A stretch of DNA of 64,000 bases from Euprymna scolopes (Eukaryota): the NCBI GenBank assembly GCA_053919585.1, contig CM132790.1; one strand, written 5' to 3'. Shown piece by piece: positions 38,780 through 51,768 of the stretch. The notes beneath the pieces are model-generated. The model was not told the origin of the DNA. It did not search any database and saw only the letters and a list, made by a program, of their open reading frames with translations. The translations under genes and the position numbers were made by a program. The first letter of the stretch is position 1. Every line of letters begins with the position of its first letter.

Positions 38780-39280
38780 CATTCCAAGCAATGCATATTA
38801 CCACTTAGAACGCAAGGGGCTACAATTTGGGATCGAGTTTATCAGAGAGAGATAGTTTTACATTTAAAATTCTGCAGAATAGTAAAGCTAGGAAAACAGG
38901 AAACAGGAAAGGAATTCCAAAGTCTAGCCGCCCAAAGGAAGGAATTATTGGAGTAGAAGGCTTTCGAGCATCTAGGAACTTCAAAAATCAAGAACTATGA
39001 TTTGTTACTTGTCAAGTTAGTCGGGGGTATGCACATCGAGGGGCGCAAGTGCTGTTAGTTCATCAGAGCACATTCCATTAAGGTACTTGGATCCGACATT
39101 GCAGCGATGGGACACGGCTTAGAGCTGGGCTGACAGTGCGGGACTTATTAGATATGGGGCTGTTTTTTGGCTCTAAGAGTGAGAGACTAGTGGTAGATGC
39201 ACTAACCCAAATGTCGCAACAATACTCTATACATGGGCGAATAGTGGCTTTGCAAAGATATATAATGCACTCTGATGTGA
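38780..39280 (-). mobile_element. LINE 3' fragment related to 30765-32110 and 54840-55510
   Basis: The minus strand encodes IRPCIEYCCDIW, and the 3' end is similar (ttctactccaataattccttcc...tggaattc). Confidence 0.7.
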
Positions 39281-39400
39281 GAATTACATATACAGACCCC
39301 CATGATAATCGCAAATATAGCTTGTTTTTTTAATAACAAAAGCTATTTAATAATCCATTTTAGCTTTAACATATGTAGAAAAATATATTTCAAAACTCAC

Positions 39401-39515
39401 TATTCCCTGATTTGGACTTGCTGCTCTGATCTTGAGATTTTGACGCCGATGGAGTAGCGGGCTGTGAAGCCGATCGTGTTGGCCGGTTTGATTTGCTAGA
39501 ATCGGACTCACGGGC
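39401..39515 (-). CDS. 115-nt coding exon upstream of the giant exon (ARESDSSKSNRPTRSASQPATPSASKSQDQSSKSKSGN)
   Basis: Acceptor ttttgttttatttcag| and donor |gtgagt. The exon is open, phase 0 in and phase 1 out, matching the phase-1 giant exon (junction codon A|TG). Confidence 0.8.
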
Positions 39516-39830
39516 CTGAAATAAAACAAAAGTTAAGAACCCGTTAATAATAATGAATTGTCGGAAATGTTCTCATAAGAAGTAAAGCATCCGCTAGACT
39601 TTGATTGGAAAGGAGTGGCCATAGTTATCATCTAGCAAAATGTTTAACTTTATATTGACAGAGACGGCTTGAAAGAGATATAAGGAAATGAACCACCTTA
39701 CCTCGAGATGTCTGATTAAATAGTTGTTTGCAAAATGTTCTGGCGCTAGTTTGAACGACGAGTTTTATCTAAAGGAGAAAACTAGCATTTAATACTGAAA
39801 GGTTATAATTTAGGACGTTGAAATGATTTA

Positions 39831-40095
39831 TACTGCATAATCACGTTTACACATCTGTTCTCGTCAGATCACCGAAGTTGACGTTGAGCCTGGTCAGTCC
39901 TAAAATGGTCATCCATTTTGGAATTCCAAGTGCTATATCTGCTCTTCGCTTATCTCGGCATTGTCGTCTAGCATTTCTCCTTGCCACTTAACTCAAGCAG
40001 TGTCGATTCAGGAAAGGTGTGGTTGGAGATTGCACAACCGTTGCCGCACAATTACATGTGCAGCTTCCTTACAGAGGGTATTCATTGTACAGAGG
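39831..40095 (+). mobile_element. Second 5S rRNA-derived SINE-like copy
   Basis: The head reads tactgcataatcacgtt...ctcgtcagatcaccgaagtt...gagcctggtcagt. The body ggttggagattgc is shared with the segment at about 37047. Confidence 0.7.
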
Positions 40096-40426
40096 CATCG
40101 ATGAAATGATTTCTTATATAAAAAATACCGAAATATTTTGTAATCATAGAAAAAATCTTAAACGACGTTAATTAGCTGGTTCAAATTTTCAATCAGAATT
40201 TGAACCGCACAAATGGCACAAAATAAAAAAACGAGTTCGGTTTAAATTCTCAATATCGTATGCGGTTATTACTTTAAGAACAAATAAAATTTAAAGAATA
40301 AATGTTTCATATATCTATTTATAAATATTTTGACGTAATATCCATTTGCAGTACTTAAATTAAGGACGTATCTTGACTTTCATTGTTCTTTTTATCGGCA
40401 AAAAATGATTTATTTATAGCACCATA

Positions 40427-41698
40427 CAAGGTGCGTGCAATAAGTAATGCCCCTGACCCACTTCCCATAGGAGTAGAGCAACAAAACTTGGCACAGGTAT
40501 CAGTTTTTCTCTACATAGGAACCACCTAGAGTTATGCATTTCTCCCATCGTTTGATGCAGGTCTGGAGACCGTTTTTGTAGAACACCCCAGGTTGGTCCT
40601 CCAACCACGACTTGACTTCAGAAATCAAGGCTGCATCATCTGGGAAACGCTTTCCTTTCAAAAAACAACTTCATGGCTGGAAAGAGGTGAAAGTCAGAGG
40701 GTACAAGGACAGGAGAGTAGGGAGGATGGGGAAGGATTTCATAACCACACGCCCGTGCTTCTGATCTGGCGACATGCGAGTTGTGGAACAGGGCGTTGTC
40801 CTGCAGGAGGAGGGTACCTTGCTGATCTTGCCCCGCCTCTTGATTTTGATAGCTTCCCTTGCATAATAAGCTCCAGTAATTGTGGTACCCTATGCCAGGA
40901 AATCTGTCATCACTACTCCTCCTGGTCCCAGAAGACTGTGAGCATGACCTTGCCAGCGGAGGGCTGCACCCTTGCTTTCTTTGGAGGTGGTGAGTCCAAG
41001 TGCTTCCACTGCATTGACTGGGCTTTGGTCTCTGGATCATAGTGATGGACCCAGGTTTCATCCTGTGTAATTAGTCTTTTGAAAAACTTTGACTCATCTT
41101 CTTAGCACATCTCCAAATTCATCCTCGAGCACTCGACGCGTTCTCGCTTCTGGAATGGTGTGAGCAACCTGGGAATCCATCTGGCAGACACCTTATGCAT
41201 ATGCAAATGGTCATGAATGATAGTTTCCACAGACCCTGTACTAATTTTGACATCTTGGGCTATTTGGCGAATAGTAATGCGCCGATCTTCCAAAATGGCA
41301 GCTTCAACTTGACGGACAGATTCCTCATCAATGGCAGAAGGGGGATGACCAGGTCTGGGAGCTGTTTCCACAGACTTCCGGCCATGTTTGAATTCACGAT
41401 GCCAGCGTTTTACAAGGTCATATGATGGGGCATTATAACCATAAGTTTCTTTCATTTCATCAGAGGTCTCCTGTGGTGTGCGTCCTTTCAAATACAAAAC
41501 CGGATCACTGCTCGACATTCAACAGGCTCCATTTCATACCTGACTCAGTTCAAACACCTGTAAATAGAAACCACAATTATTTCAGAGCTGTAATTTGTCA
41601 CATATCCTGTAGAGATATAAATCATTGCACATGCAAATTTTCAGCTAGATCAAACAACTGGAAGTGGGTCAGGCGCATTACTTATTGCACGCCCCTCG
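40427..41698 (-). mobile_element. Full-length inactive mariner transposon (1,272 bp) with TIRs and TA target duplication
   Basis: Ends are TA|caaggtgcgtgcaataagtaatgcccctgacccacttcc and ggaagtgggtcaggcgcattacttattgcacgcccctcg|TA. The transposase carries WIPRLL, QDETW and HPPYSPVLVPSDFHLF but is broken by stops and frameshifts. Confidence 0.95.
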
Positions 41699-42686
41699 TA
41701 TTAGCACCTTCTTTATTCCTTATTGAATGGTTATTATGTCCTCTAGACAAAACCCGTCGTTCAAACTAGCGCCTAAGTTCCCGTATTGCTACCATTCTTT
41801 CTGGTTAGGAACCTCATATTCCACTGGAACAAAAGTGTTATAAACTGTTGTAGAGTTTTAAAAAAGAATGAGGCAGAGAATTGAGCATGGCTGCTCGGGT
41901 AAAACATATCACAGCCCCCCCCCAAGAGATTCATAAACATAAAGATTTTATTATTTGTTAGGATGGTTGGGAAACCGGTTAAGACGCATACACCACATGA
42001 CATGGAAATTCAAATTTAATGAACATTAAAAATCTGTACTTATAAAAGATATGTATTTACCATCGCACTCGACCTTCTAAATCCATCAAAGTGTAAATAG
42101 TACTTGTATAGCTTAGTACCATAGATTAGTAGATAATTAATGGATCGTCACTAGCCGACATCATCTTATACCACTCGGATAAAAAATCTGTATAGTTCAG
42201 GGAAGATTACATTTTCACTGATATTTCAATTTCTTCACATTGATTGAAGACGCAAACATGGTGAACATATGACAAAATAAACACGAAGATTTTTCCCGCC
42301 AAAATAATATGAATTCATTTTTCATTTAAAATTGACTTTGTATCTAGCTTTGCCGCCGTAAGCCTGAAAGTAAACAGAGATAATATCCAGTATTATTCTC
42401 TCCTTTCTGAGCGTGATAAATGTATTGCCTATCACCTGACTGTCCATAAAGCATGTACTACGCTTCGGTCATAATCTGAATGCCTAGAATTATCGATAAT
42501 ATTTTATCACGATAAACTTCGATTTATAATGTTATATTCGATTTGGAAACAATTTATTTTAAAATGGATAGTAAAAGTCTACGTTTTTGATATTCATATT
42601 CAAATTGTGAAAACCTTTTGCACCGACATGATAGACGTAGAAGGTGATAACGAACGTAAACACGAAATCAGAAATAAATGACTTAC

Positions 42687-42807
42687 GATTCTGTCGAGAT
42701 AAGGATGTTTGCCGTCCGCTGCATTCATCGTTCCAATGTATGAAGCCCCGACGAATGGCGGCAAGCTTTGACTCCGAGATGGCTTTTTAGCTTGACATGA
42801 TTTGTTC
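42687..42807 (-). CDS. 121-nt coding exon (NKSCQAKKPSRSQSLPPFVGASYIGTMNAADGKHPYLDRI)
   Basis: Acceptor ttttctttcttttaacttaaag| and perfect donor |gtaagt. The exon is open, phase 2 in and phase 0 out, matching the next exon. Confidence 0.75.
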
Positions 42808-42967
42808 CTTTAAGTTAAAAGAAAGAAAATACGAGAATAATAATAATTAATATAAATAATAACATGCATCTATGAAAATTACACGTTATTCTTATTGCAA
42901 ATAGTAAAACATCACCTAAAGTGAGTCTACTTTTTTGTTTCCGTTTTCTGTTTAATAATGTCTTATA

Positions 42968-43005
42968 CAGGGTGGGCCAAAATAAGGGTCCTATCTTTAA
43001 ATATA

Positions 43006-43060
<55 letters not shown>

Positions 43061-43081
43061 CCCTTGTTTTGGCCCACCCTG
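42968..43081. mobile_element. Tc1/mariner-type MITE with internal (TA)n
   Basis: Ends are TA|cagggtgggccaaaataagggtc and gacccttgttttggcccaccctg|TA. Confidence 0.85.
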
Positions 43082-44012
43082 TATTTAATCGAACGCCAAT
43101 AATTTCGTAATTGAATTCATCTTATCATTTTATTCTATTTGCATACGGGTATGTATATTATTGTTGTTTTGTTGTTCAGTGCATTCATTGTAATTTTTTT
43201 CTTCTGATTTTCATGTTTTTTTTTAGCATTATTTATTCTACATTCAGTGTCGTTAAGTATATTGATGAACATTTATCTATAATTTTAGTCTAATTCGCTC
43301 TGTGCGTTTTTTTCGATCTTTTTATTTATCTTTTTTCTGTTTATATTTTATTTTTTCTATTCCTTAAATTTTATTTATCAATGTATTGTATTCTATATAC
43401 TTGTACAATATTTAATTATTCAATTCCGTGTACGATCAAATACTACGCTAAACAGCAAAATAATAATAATGTACAAGCATGCGCGTGGCTGTGCGTACGT
43501 GTGTGAATGACCTAGATAATTAACACAATTATGCCCCTTTTACCATTAAGAACGTTATCTCCCCTTAATAGTAACATTTAAACTACTAACCATCTTAACA
43601 AGATCGTAGTAAAAAAAAAAGCAAAAATAAACAAAATAAGATTAGTTATAAATACAAAGATAATCAATTTGTTTATTATACAAACATTATTAGTTACATA
43701 TGTGCATACATGCTTCAGTGGAATCTCAATTCAAAGAGACCATTTTTTTTTCAAACCAAAAAAGGAGCGACATTGAACGAGAAACATGATTACATTCGTT
43801 TTTTTTTATAAAATATATTCGGATGTGGTTTACTTTCTGAAAGAAAGTGGGATGTATACATTATGAATGCGAGCAGTGGAAGTTTGGGATAGGAAAGTAA
43901 CAGCGAGAGTATGACATTACTTCAGATCAGAGCAAAAGCTAAGGCCAATAAACAACAGCCAAGTTAAAATAATACCAATACTTCCTCGTTTCAAAAGCTC
44001 TCTCTCTCTCTC

Positions 44013-44051
<39 letters not shown>

Positions 44052-44914
44052 TCTGGATCGTACTGCAACCATCTTCCGTCAACCCCACCTCTACTCCCTT
44101 TATTCATCACACCTCCCTCCAAAAAGAAAGAATGTTATAAAAGAAATTTACGTTAAACGAGGAGAATTGTTTGAAATAGATTTTAAGTTGTGATGATTTT
44201 AAGTCGTGATGATTTAAATTTCATTTCATAAACGGTAATATTTAAACAAGGTAAATATTTAAAACAATAAAATGTTACAGGGCTTATTTATACAATGAAA
44301 GATTAGAATATTGGTTTTAGCAATGCAAAAGTTAATTTTAGGACAATAATAAGATTGAACTGTGACATCAATTAACAAACAAAGAAATGATGTATGATAT
44401 ATTCAGAAACAGACCAGAAGAGTCAGTTAGAGGGGACCCATGAATGTGTATATAGAAATATAATTTCGCGTTATAGTGTCTTCCTCTCTCTCTCTCTCCT
44501 TTCTCTCTCTCTATATACACACTCTCTTATACTCATAGTGATTATATATAGAAGTTCTCACACAACTTTGCTTCAAAATAAATCTCCCAATATTTTTTGT
44601 ACTCTCCACCGAGATGGTATTCAGCAGTTTATCACCGTGTTTAGTAAAAAACACACCAAATATACGTAATACTTTATAAATCGATGTAAATGTTGATGTC
44701 AGAAATTGTCGACGGTGGATGGTTATTGAGACTAAGTGACAGCAAGCTTGTTGTATAGTTCCCCTCTTTACAAAAGAAACTTAAACACACACACATATAA
44801 TTCTATCCACAGCCAGATAACGTCGCAGCAAACAAGGGCCATAATAGCCGACAACCGGAAGTCTAAAACTCAAATTTTGCCATCATTTTGGGCTCATCAG
44901 TTAGACACATCTGA

Positions 44915-44981
44915 ACTTGGGATTTGAAACCCGAGCCTCTTGCATGCAAAGCGAGCACTCTACCAGCTGAGTAAACACACC
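44915..44981 (-). pseudogene. tRNA-Ala(TGC)-derived pseudogene or SINE head
   Basis: The minus strand reads tactcagctggtagagtgctcgctttgcatgcaagaggctcgggtttcaaatccc, with A-box, TGC anticodon loop and B-box. The acceptor stem does not pair. Confidence 0.7.
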
Positions 44982-45148
44982 ACAAACACACAAGAGAACC
45001 TATTAACTAACACAGATCAAAATGAGGGCAACTCGAGTCTTAGCTTAGTGTGTTGGCTGTCATGGATCTTGTGAGCTGCGACATTGTCTGATTGTGGAAA
45101 TAATTATATATTCTCTCACATTCTGAAGATTCTATTACTGATTTCTCG

Positions 45149-45220
<72 letters not shown>

Positions 45221-45690
45221 GGCGAAAAAATGTCAGCCAGACTCCAACTTAAATATTCAACTCTGTTTTGGAAAATATCATGTCTAGCGTCTGTCAAATT
45301 GGTATTTAGATATTTTGCATTCGTTGTGTTGTTCTTGTATCGAGTTAATAGCGTGAGTCATTATGTTAAACCATAAATATTAAATTAGTTAAATTTGATA
45401 ATTTTTCTACAATTTGGAAAAATTGTAGATAAGACATTTTGTTCATAGAGAGACATTAGAAAAAAAAAATCTCGTGTGACTATGACGCCGCGAACGAGAA
45501 GTGAGAGGCCTGAACGGTCTGTTCCCGCCCATAGACTCTAGATAACGGACGTAACGCGTAATTGGTACCACCATTTACAAAATGTTTTCTCCGTCCATTG
45601 TAAAGAACTGATTCGTCATTTACAAAAATCAACCTAAGATTACTGGACTGTGGGAATTGTTAGAAACGTATGTCTCAAAGACAGATATAG

Positions 45691-45744
<54 letters not shown>

Positions 45745-46199
45745 CGAGAGAAAAGGGAGTTACCAGTTTCTTGGAAGCAAAACACGTAGGAATATGTTAA
45801 ATCGAGACGAACTGAGAAGATATAATTATCAATCTCTCTCTGTTTTCTCATCACACGGGTCAGTGATTTGGAGTGACGATCAAACCGAATAAATCCCAAC
45901 TGATTTGTCCTCAATAAATGAAACAACATATTTGGAGACGTGGTTTCCTCGGTCAAGAAGGATCACACAAGCACGCACACAAAGAAACCATGCAGCGACT
46001 AAAGTAGGGATACAATTTGTGGTGTTTATTCTTTTGTAATAATTACAGCAATTGATTGCTGCGTGAGTGGCACAAGGTTGAAATGAAACATATGGACAAA
46101 ATAACGGTTTGTGTTCAACAGGTCGTTTAAAATCGTATTTTAGCTTCGGCCTTAAATCACGTGAAATAGGTGGACATGTCGTAAAGCAGAAAAACTATC

Positions 46200-46420
46200 A
46201 GAAAAACATATTTTCATTTTTGTATTATTTGTGTTATTTGGTTGATCTTGAGTGTCATTTTCACAACGTTTCCGACCATCTTCAGGTGTATCTTGTCGAA
46301 CTCGGGAATCTTTCTGTCGAACTGGGAATCTGCATGGAATTTCGAACGGCATCCTTTATTTAATCCACGCGGATAGCATGCTCTCGTTCCGTCAGCCATG
46401 ACGAGATAGAAGTAATTCAT
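46200..46420 (-). mobile_element. Penelope-like terminal fragment with minimal hammerhead-like motif
   Basis: The minus strand reads cac-CTGAAGA-tggtcg-GAAA-cg-TT-gtg at about 46288-46262. Confidence 0.45.
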
Positions 46421-49400
46421 AATTGTATTTTGAGTATCGCCCGCACTGAGGATTGAATCTTCGACTTCCAGAAAGTGAAACTTACAATTGAATTTTACCA
46501 AGTACTCTATCCGTTACACCACGTTACAATTCAAATAATACAAATTATAAATCTTCATCTAAACAATTGAGAAAGATGTTTTGAATTTGTTGTATATGAT
46601 CAATGAGTTCTATTTTGTACAGATTTTCCCTTGATACTTATCCCGTGAAGTGATACCTTTATGATGAAGAAAAAGACGACGATTTAAACTCAAAATATTT
46701 AACAAGAGCAGCTTCATTCTCTTTGTCAGGAGTTGGGCTAAACGTTCATATTTGTTAGGACCTCACACTACATGCATCTCAGCTATGGTTTGTGCAGAAT
46801 GTGAACTTGAAATCTTACCTGTTCCGTTTGATTGTACCAATCAACCAACCAACCAACCAACCAACCAACCAACCAACCAACCATCTATTCGAATATGAAC
46901 TTGGGCTGACCCATTAGTCATACCGTATGATCTATTGCAGCTTGCAAACCATATCTATATCATAAAAGTAATGTTCAGAAACGCAATGCAAGTTTTAACA
47001 TTTATTGAAAACAATGTTTTCAATTACAAATCCTGTGCAACGCATTTTGCAATAGCGGCTTGTAGGAATTCACACTTTATTCGAGAAAGATGTAAATTTA
47101 AAGCGTCCGCCGTTTTTTAAGAAATATCCAAGAGCTGACAATGTGGAAGCTCTTCTCCTAAACCCTTGATTTTATTACCGAGTTACCTTTTCAGAGCATG
47201 ATGCACCAATTTCTAACTTGTCTTATTATAGCACGACATTTTCCATTTTTCATTTTTCATTTTTCTCAAATAAGAAATCATTCGTTACTCTTTCTCNNNN
47301 NNNNNNNNNNNNNNNNNNNNNNNNNNNNNNNNNNNNNNNNNNNNNNNNNNNNNNNNNNNNNNNNNNNNNNNNNNNNNNNNNNNNNNNNNNNNNNNNNNNN
47401 NNNNNNNNNNNNNNNNNNNNNNNNNNNNNNNNNNNNNNNATAATTTTGCAGGCTTAAAATTTAGCATCTCTTATTGAAATAGCCTGAAATTTTCACAAAA
47501 TGTATTTTATATTTAATATAAAAAAAATCTTTTTCAAAGAGAAGTAACTTTTCATGTTAGAACATATTTATTTGTACGCAGGCAACATCCCTTCAATGCA
47601 AAATTTGGAAAAACTTCACCGATTGGTAAACAAGAATGTTTATGCATGGGTAAAATATTCGTAGACGAAAGTTAGCATCAGAAGAGAAAATTCAGCAAAT
47701 TCGTGAGAAGATAATGAGAAGCCCCGAGTTGTCCATAATGAAAACAAGTTTCAAAACAGATTCGTCAAATGAGTGTTAATCGTACACCGAGAAAACTATT
47801 GAAAATGAAATTCCACTGTTTGTAGCTTGTTCAGACTATAAAAGAAGATGACTGCGGAAACGGCAAGAATTTGTCTTTTAATATGCCACAGAAACTTACA
47901 GAAAACAACAAATCTGTAACCTTCGATACCACATTTGATACGATCCCTCTTCCCATTAACTTTGGTGAACTCAAGCAAAGAATCACTTCCAGTAATGTTA
48001 CCGGGTATATTCTACATGTTTGTTGTATCTTTCCGATATCTTTATTGAGTGAAGGTGGTCTCCTCGCTTTTTTGGTTGCTTGGACATTTTGGTAGAAATA
48101 CCAATCGAAGATCACTTCTCAACAATCCGCTCAACAGGTGCCAGGCCATTTACATGACCCATTACTCGTCGGACTGAGGTATACCTCCTGGGCAGTACAT
48201 AGGAAATCCATCTTTCCATGTCTTGTCACCCGGCTTTCGGGTGCAGTAAGTTCATTGCTTACTACTTGAGACACCCCTATCGGGGAATGCCGACGAGGCT
48301 GTCCATGCAATTTTTTTTAGACCAGAGTCATTCTTCTTTAGAAACGCTGGCTTGACACTCCCCACCTTCTGACCTTGTGTCACGTCTTCCTGCGGTGGTA
48401 AGCAAGTAAATAACAACATGCTTGGTAAAAGTTTAACTACAGACTTTACGTGTATCGTGTTTAATGCAGTGCACATCTAATACCAATCGGAGAATAAACA
48501 TATGATCTTAAATTTCATTAAGGGTTTAAAATAATTACCTTTAAATGATGTCAAATTGTTTGAGACACCCTGTAATCTGTACTCGCGCGCACACGAACAC
48601 ACTTTGCCACAAAAGTCTAAGAAGGATTTACCCGCTTGTTAAATCCTTTCGTTTCCCATCTGGATCTTCTTTTTTTTCTGTCTGGTTTTGCTGGGACGTC
48701 TTGTTTTTCGCACTGTTTGCTGACTACAAAAAGAAAAACGACCGCTTTTAAATCATCGCATATATTTTGGTTTTATTTTATTTTCTCGAGATTAGGCATG
48801 TAATTTACACGCGCGCAAACACCCCCCCCACACACATATATATATTTAAGTAATTAAACGTTATTTATTTCGTAGGAAATCGCATATTGTTAGTTTAAGT
48901 TTAGGATATGGTTTCGGGGTCACTCCGTAAATGGTAAAGATTAAAAAAGAATAATTTTGCCCGTTACTCACCGTGTTCCCTAGAATACATATCTCATAAT
49001 TTATAATGATATGTGCATTAGTTTGGGAGTTTATTGACGCTCATCCACGACTACATCAGTTCGATTAAACTTTCCCTAAATAATGTAACTCAAAAATCGA
49101 TATAGAGCAATTATTTTCTCTACAAATTTTTTGTATGTCGCTTATTAAATTTTTGGTGGGGGGGGGAGGGAATAGGCGAACATGTTTGGAGGGAATATTT
49201 GCCGATAATATATATTCTATAATTCGTTGTAATCGGTTCATTAGTTTAGAAGTGAATCGTTCACATAGAAGTCTTTATTATATTTCTCTTAGTCTGTCTT
49301 CCTGCATGTCTGTTTGTCCGTTCAATTTTTTCTCAGAAACTACTGGTCTAATTTGGCTGAAATTATGTATGAATACAAATATTTACTTCCGGTAATGCTA

Positions 49401-49817
49401 TATGTTTGTATTAACCTTCCAATATTTTTATTGCGTGAGGGTGGATGCAGCGAACTAAGTATTATGCCATTTGTTCGATGCACAGTTAGTGACTAATAGA
49501 GATTAATTGAGATTAGTTACTAAAATAGCCCATTTACTCTGGAAGTTTTCTTGGAAACTACTGGTTCGATCTGGTTGAAATTTTGTATGGCTATTTCTTA
49601 TGATAAGGTATAATGGGCTAAGTATTATACTATCCGTTCGCTGCATAGTTAGAGATTTATATATTTATATGAATTAATAAGATTAGTATTTAATGGAAAA
49701 ATGAGCCCAGATTGAACCCTATTTAACCATCAAGTTTAGATAAAGCACTCATATTAATTCCTCTTTCACCCGTTTTTAACGGGCTAAAGAGTTTTAATAC
49801 ACACAAAGCACTAACTG

Positions 49818-49896
<79 letters not shown>

Positions 49897-50439
49897 GTTT
49901 ATTCTCTTTGATTGGAAAATATTTTAGAAAGAAAGTCATTTAAATCAAACTAAATTGACAGTAAATGCACTNNNNNNNNNNNNNNNNNNNNNNNNNNNNN
50001 NNNNNNNNNNNNNNNNNNNNNNNNNNNNNNNNNNNNNNNNNNNNNNNNNNNNNNNNNNNNNNNNNNNNNNNNNNNNNNNNNNNNNNNNNNNNNNNNNNNN
50101 NNNNCCTAACAATTTGATAAAAGCGATATCGTAAAACTTGAATTTCTTGATTAAATAATTATAAAAAAAGAAAAATATTTCCAAGAAGGGGAGGAGGAGT
50201 GTGTTGAAAACATTCTGTACTTTCACCTAACAATTTGATAAAAGCGATATCGTAAAACTTGAATTTCCTGATTAAATAATTCTAAATAAGACATGGGGAA
50301 GGGAAGTGTGTGTGATGTAACCCATAAATTGGATTACGTATTTAACTAAAAATTGAAATATTTAATTTCAGGCCAACGAGAAATGTATCGTTTTTCTTGT
50401 TATTTTGTTATATTATCACGGAGGCAAATGAACATAGTT

Positions 50440-50517
<78 letters not shown>

Positions 50518-51489
50518 CGAGAGTATAGAAAAAAAAGAGAGAGGCTAAACCTAAAAAGAGAGAGAAAAAGACAGTATGGGACAAGTAGAGGGGAGGTGAG
50601 GAACAGCTAGCGGAAAATCAGCTAGCGAGATGACCCAGTCATTTGCTCGGAAACCCATAGACCCCCTACGGGTTGCTAGGAAACGAAGAATAAAGGAAAT
50701 AAAGGGCAGAGAAATGTACTGAGAAGAAGGAGAGAGAGAGGGAGGGAGGGAGGGAGGGGGAAAGAGGAAGAAAGACCTTTTGGTACAGGGCAGTTACTGC
50801 TTGGCCGGTGCGCCAAGGCGGGCACACATGGAAAATTTTCCACCGCTTCACCCAGCAACAGATGAACGAAAATGTGGATACCCCCCTCCATATCAACAGC
50901 GAAAGGAAAAATAATGCTTGGGAGAACAAGCTGGCTTTGTCGGAATGCAGGATGTTAATTTCACGAACACAGAAGACATGATACTCCGAGAATAACCGAA
51001 ATATTGAATGGATACAATATAGGAATACCGCGTGCTATGAACTGTCGCCCGAGTCGAATAAAATGGGGGTTAAAGTTCACTTTGAAAGTTAAAAGAAAAA
51101 CAAAAGAGAAAAGAAACATAAAAACGTGAGTTACTTCTCTCTGATATATTATATTAACGAATTCAGTTTGTCTGGTCTGAAGATACATTTTTTTTTGTTT
51201 TGATATATTTCTGGTTGATGTTTTCAGATAATAGATAAAAATTCATTTGCACGCCCTTGTAATCTGTTTTTTTTTTATTTTACATAAAGATATCCCCTCC
51301 CTACCGTAGTTTAGTGTTTCATAATAAAATTTAACTTCGAAAGTTACCATTGCGCGTCGCGTTTTCCGTTATTTTCATACGCTGTTCGTTCGTCTATTGT
51401 ATATTTCCGGTTTTGAAAGAGTCTCTCCATGTTTTTATTTCCGCAAGGGGACACATGTGGTTTAATGTTTATTGTATTTCATGAATATC

Positions 51490-51548
<59 letters not shown>

Positions 51549-51589
51549 TTTTTTTTTTTTTTTATTACGAACACGAATCAAAATAATAA

Positions 51590-51768
51590 ATGTTGAGCGG
51601 TCAAAATTGGGGTCAAATTTTAAAAGAATTGACCTCTGCGGTCTCTACGAAATTAATCAGACAGATTTTGGTCTAAACATTTGAAATCTTACATAAAGTG
51701 TATTCACATGTGGGGCAAGTTATGAACAGCACATACGGTCCGAGCAAAGCCGGGCTGAACTGCTAGTA
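51590..51768 (+). mobile_element. Helitron/Helentron-like 3' fragment related to the 32.6-34.3 kb family
   Basis: It shares ggggtcaaattttaaaa.aattgacc and ggtctaaacatttgaaat with that family, and ends in a hairpin plus CTAGT. Confidence 0.6.

Noticed and set aside
44915-44981. Functional tRNA-Ala
   Set aside because: The acceptor stem is unpaired and the anticodon and T arms have mismatches.
48969-48976. Possible 8-nt microexon (tag|GGAACACG|gtgagt, minus strand)
   Set aside because: The polypyrimidine tract is weak, and it cannot be told from chance without RNA data.
50105-50281. Short direct duplication with ~121-bp period next to an N gap
   Set aside because: It is probably a gap-edge tandem repeat or an assembly artefact.
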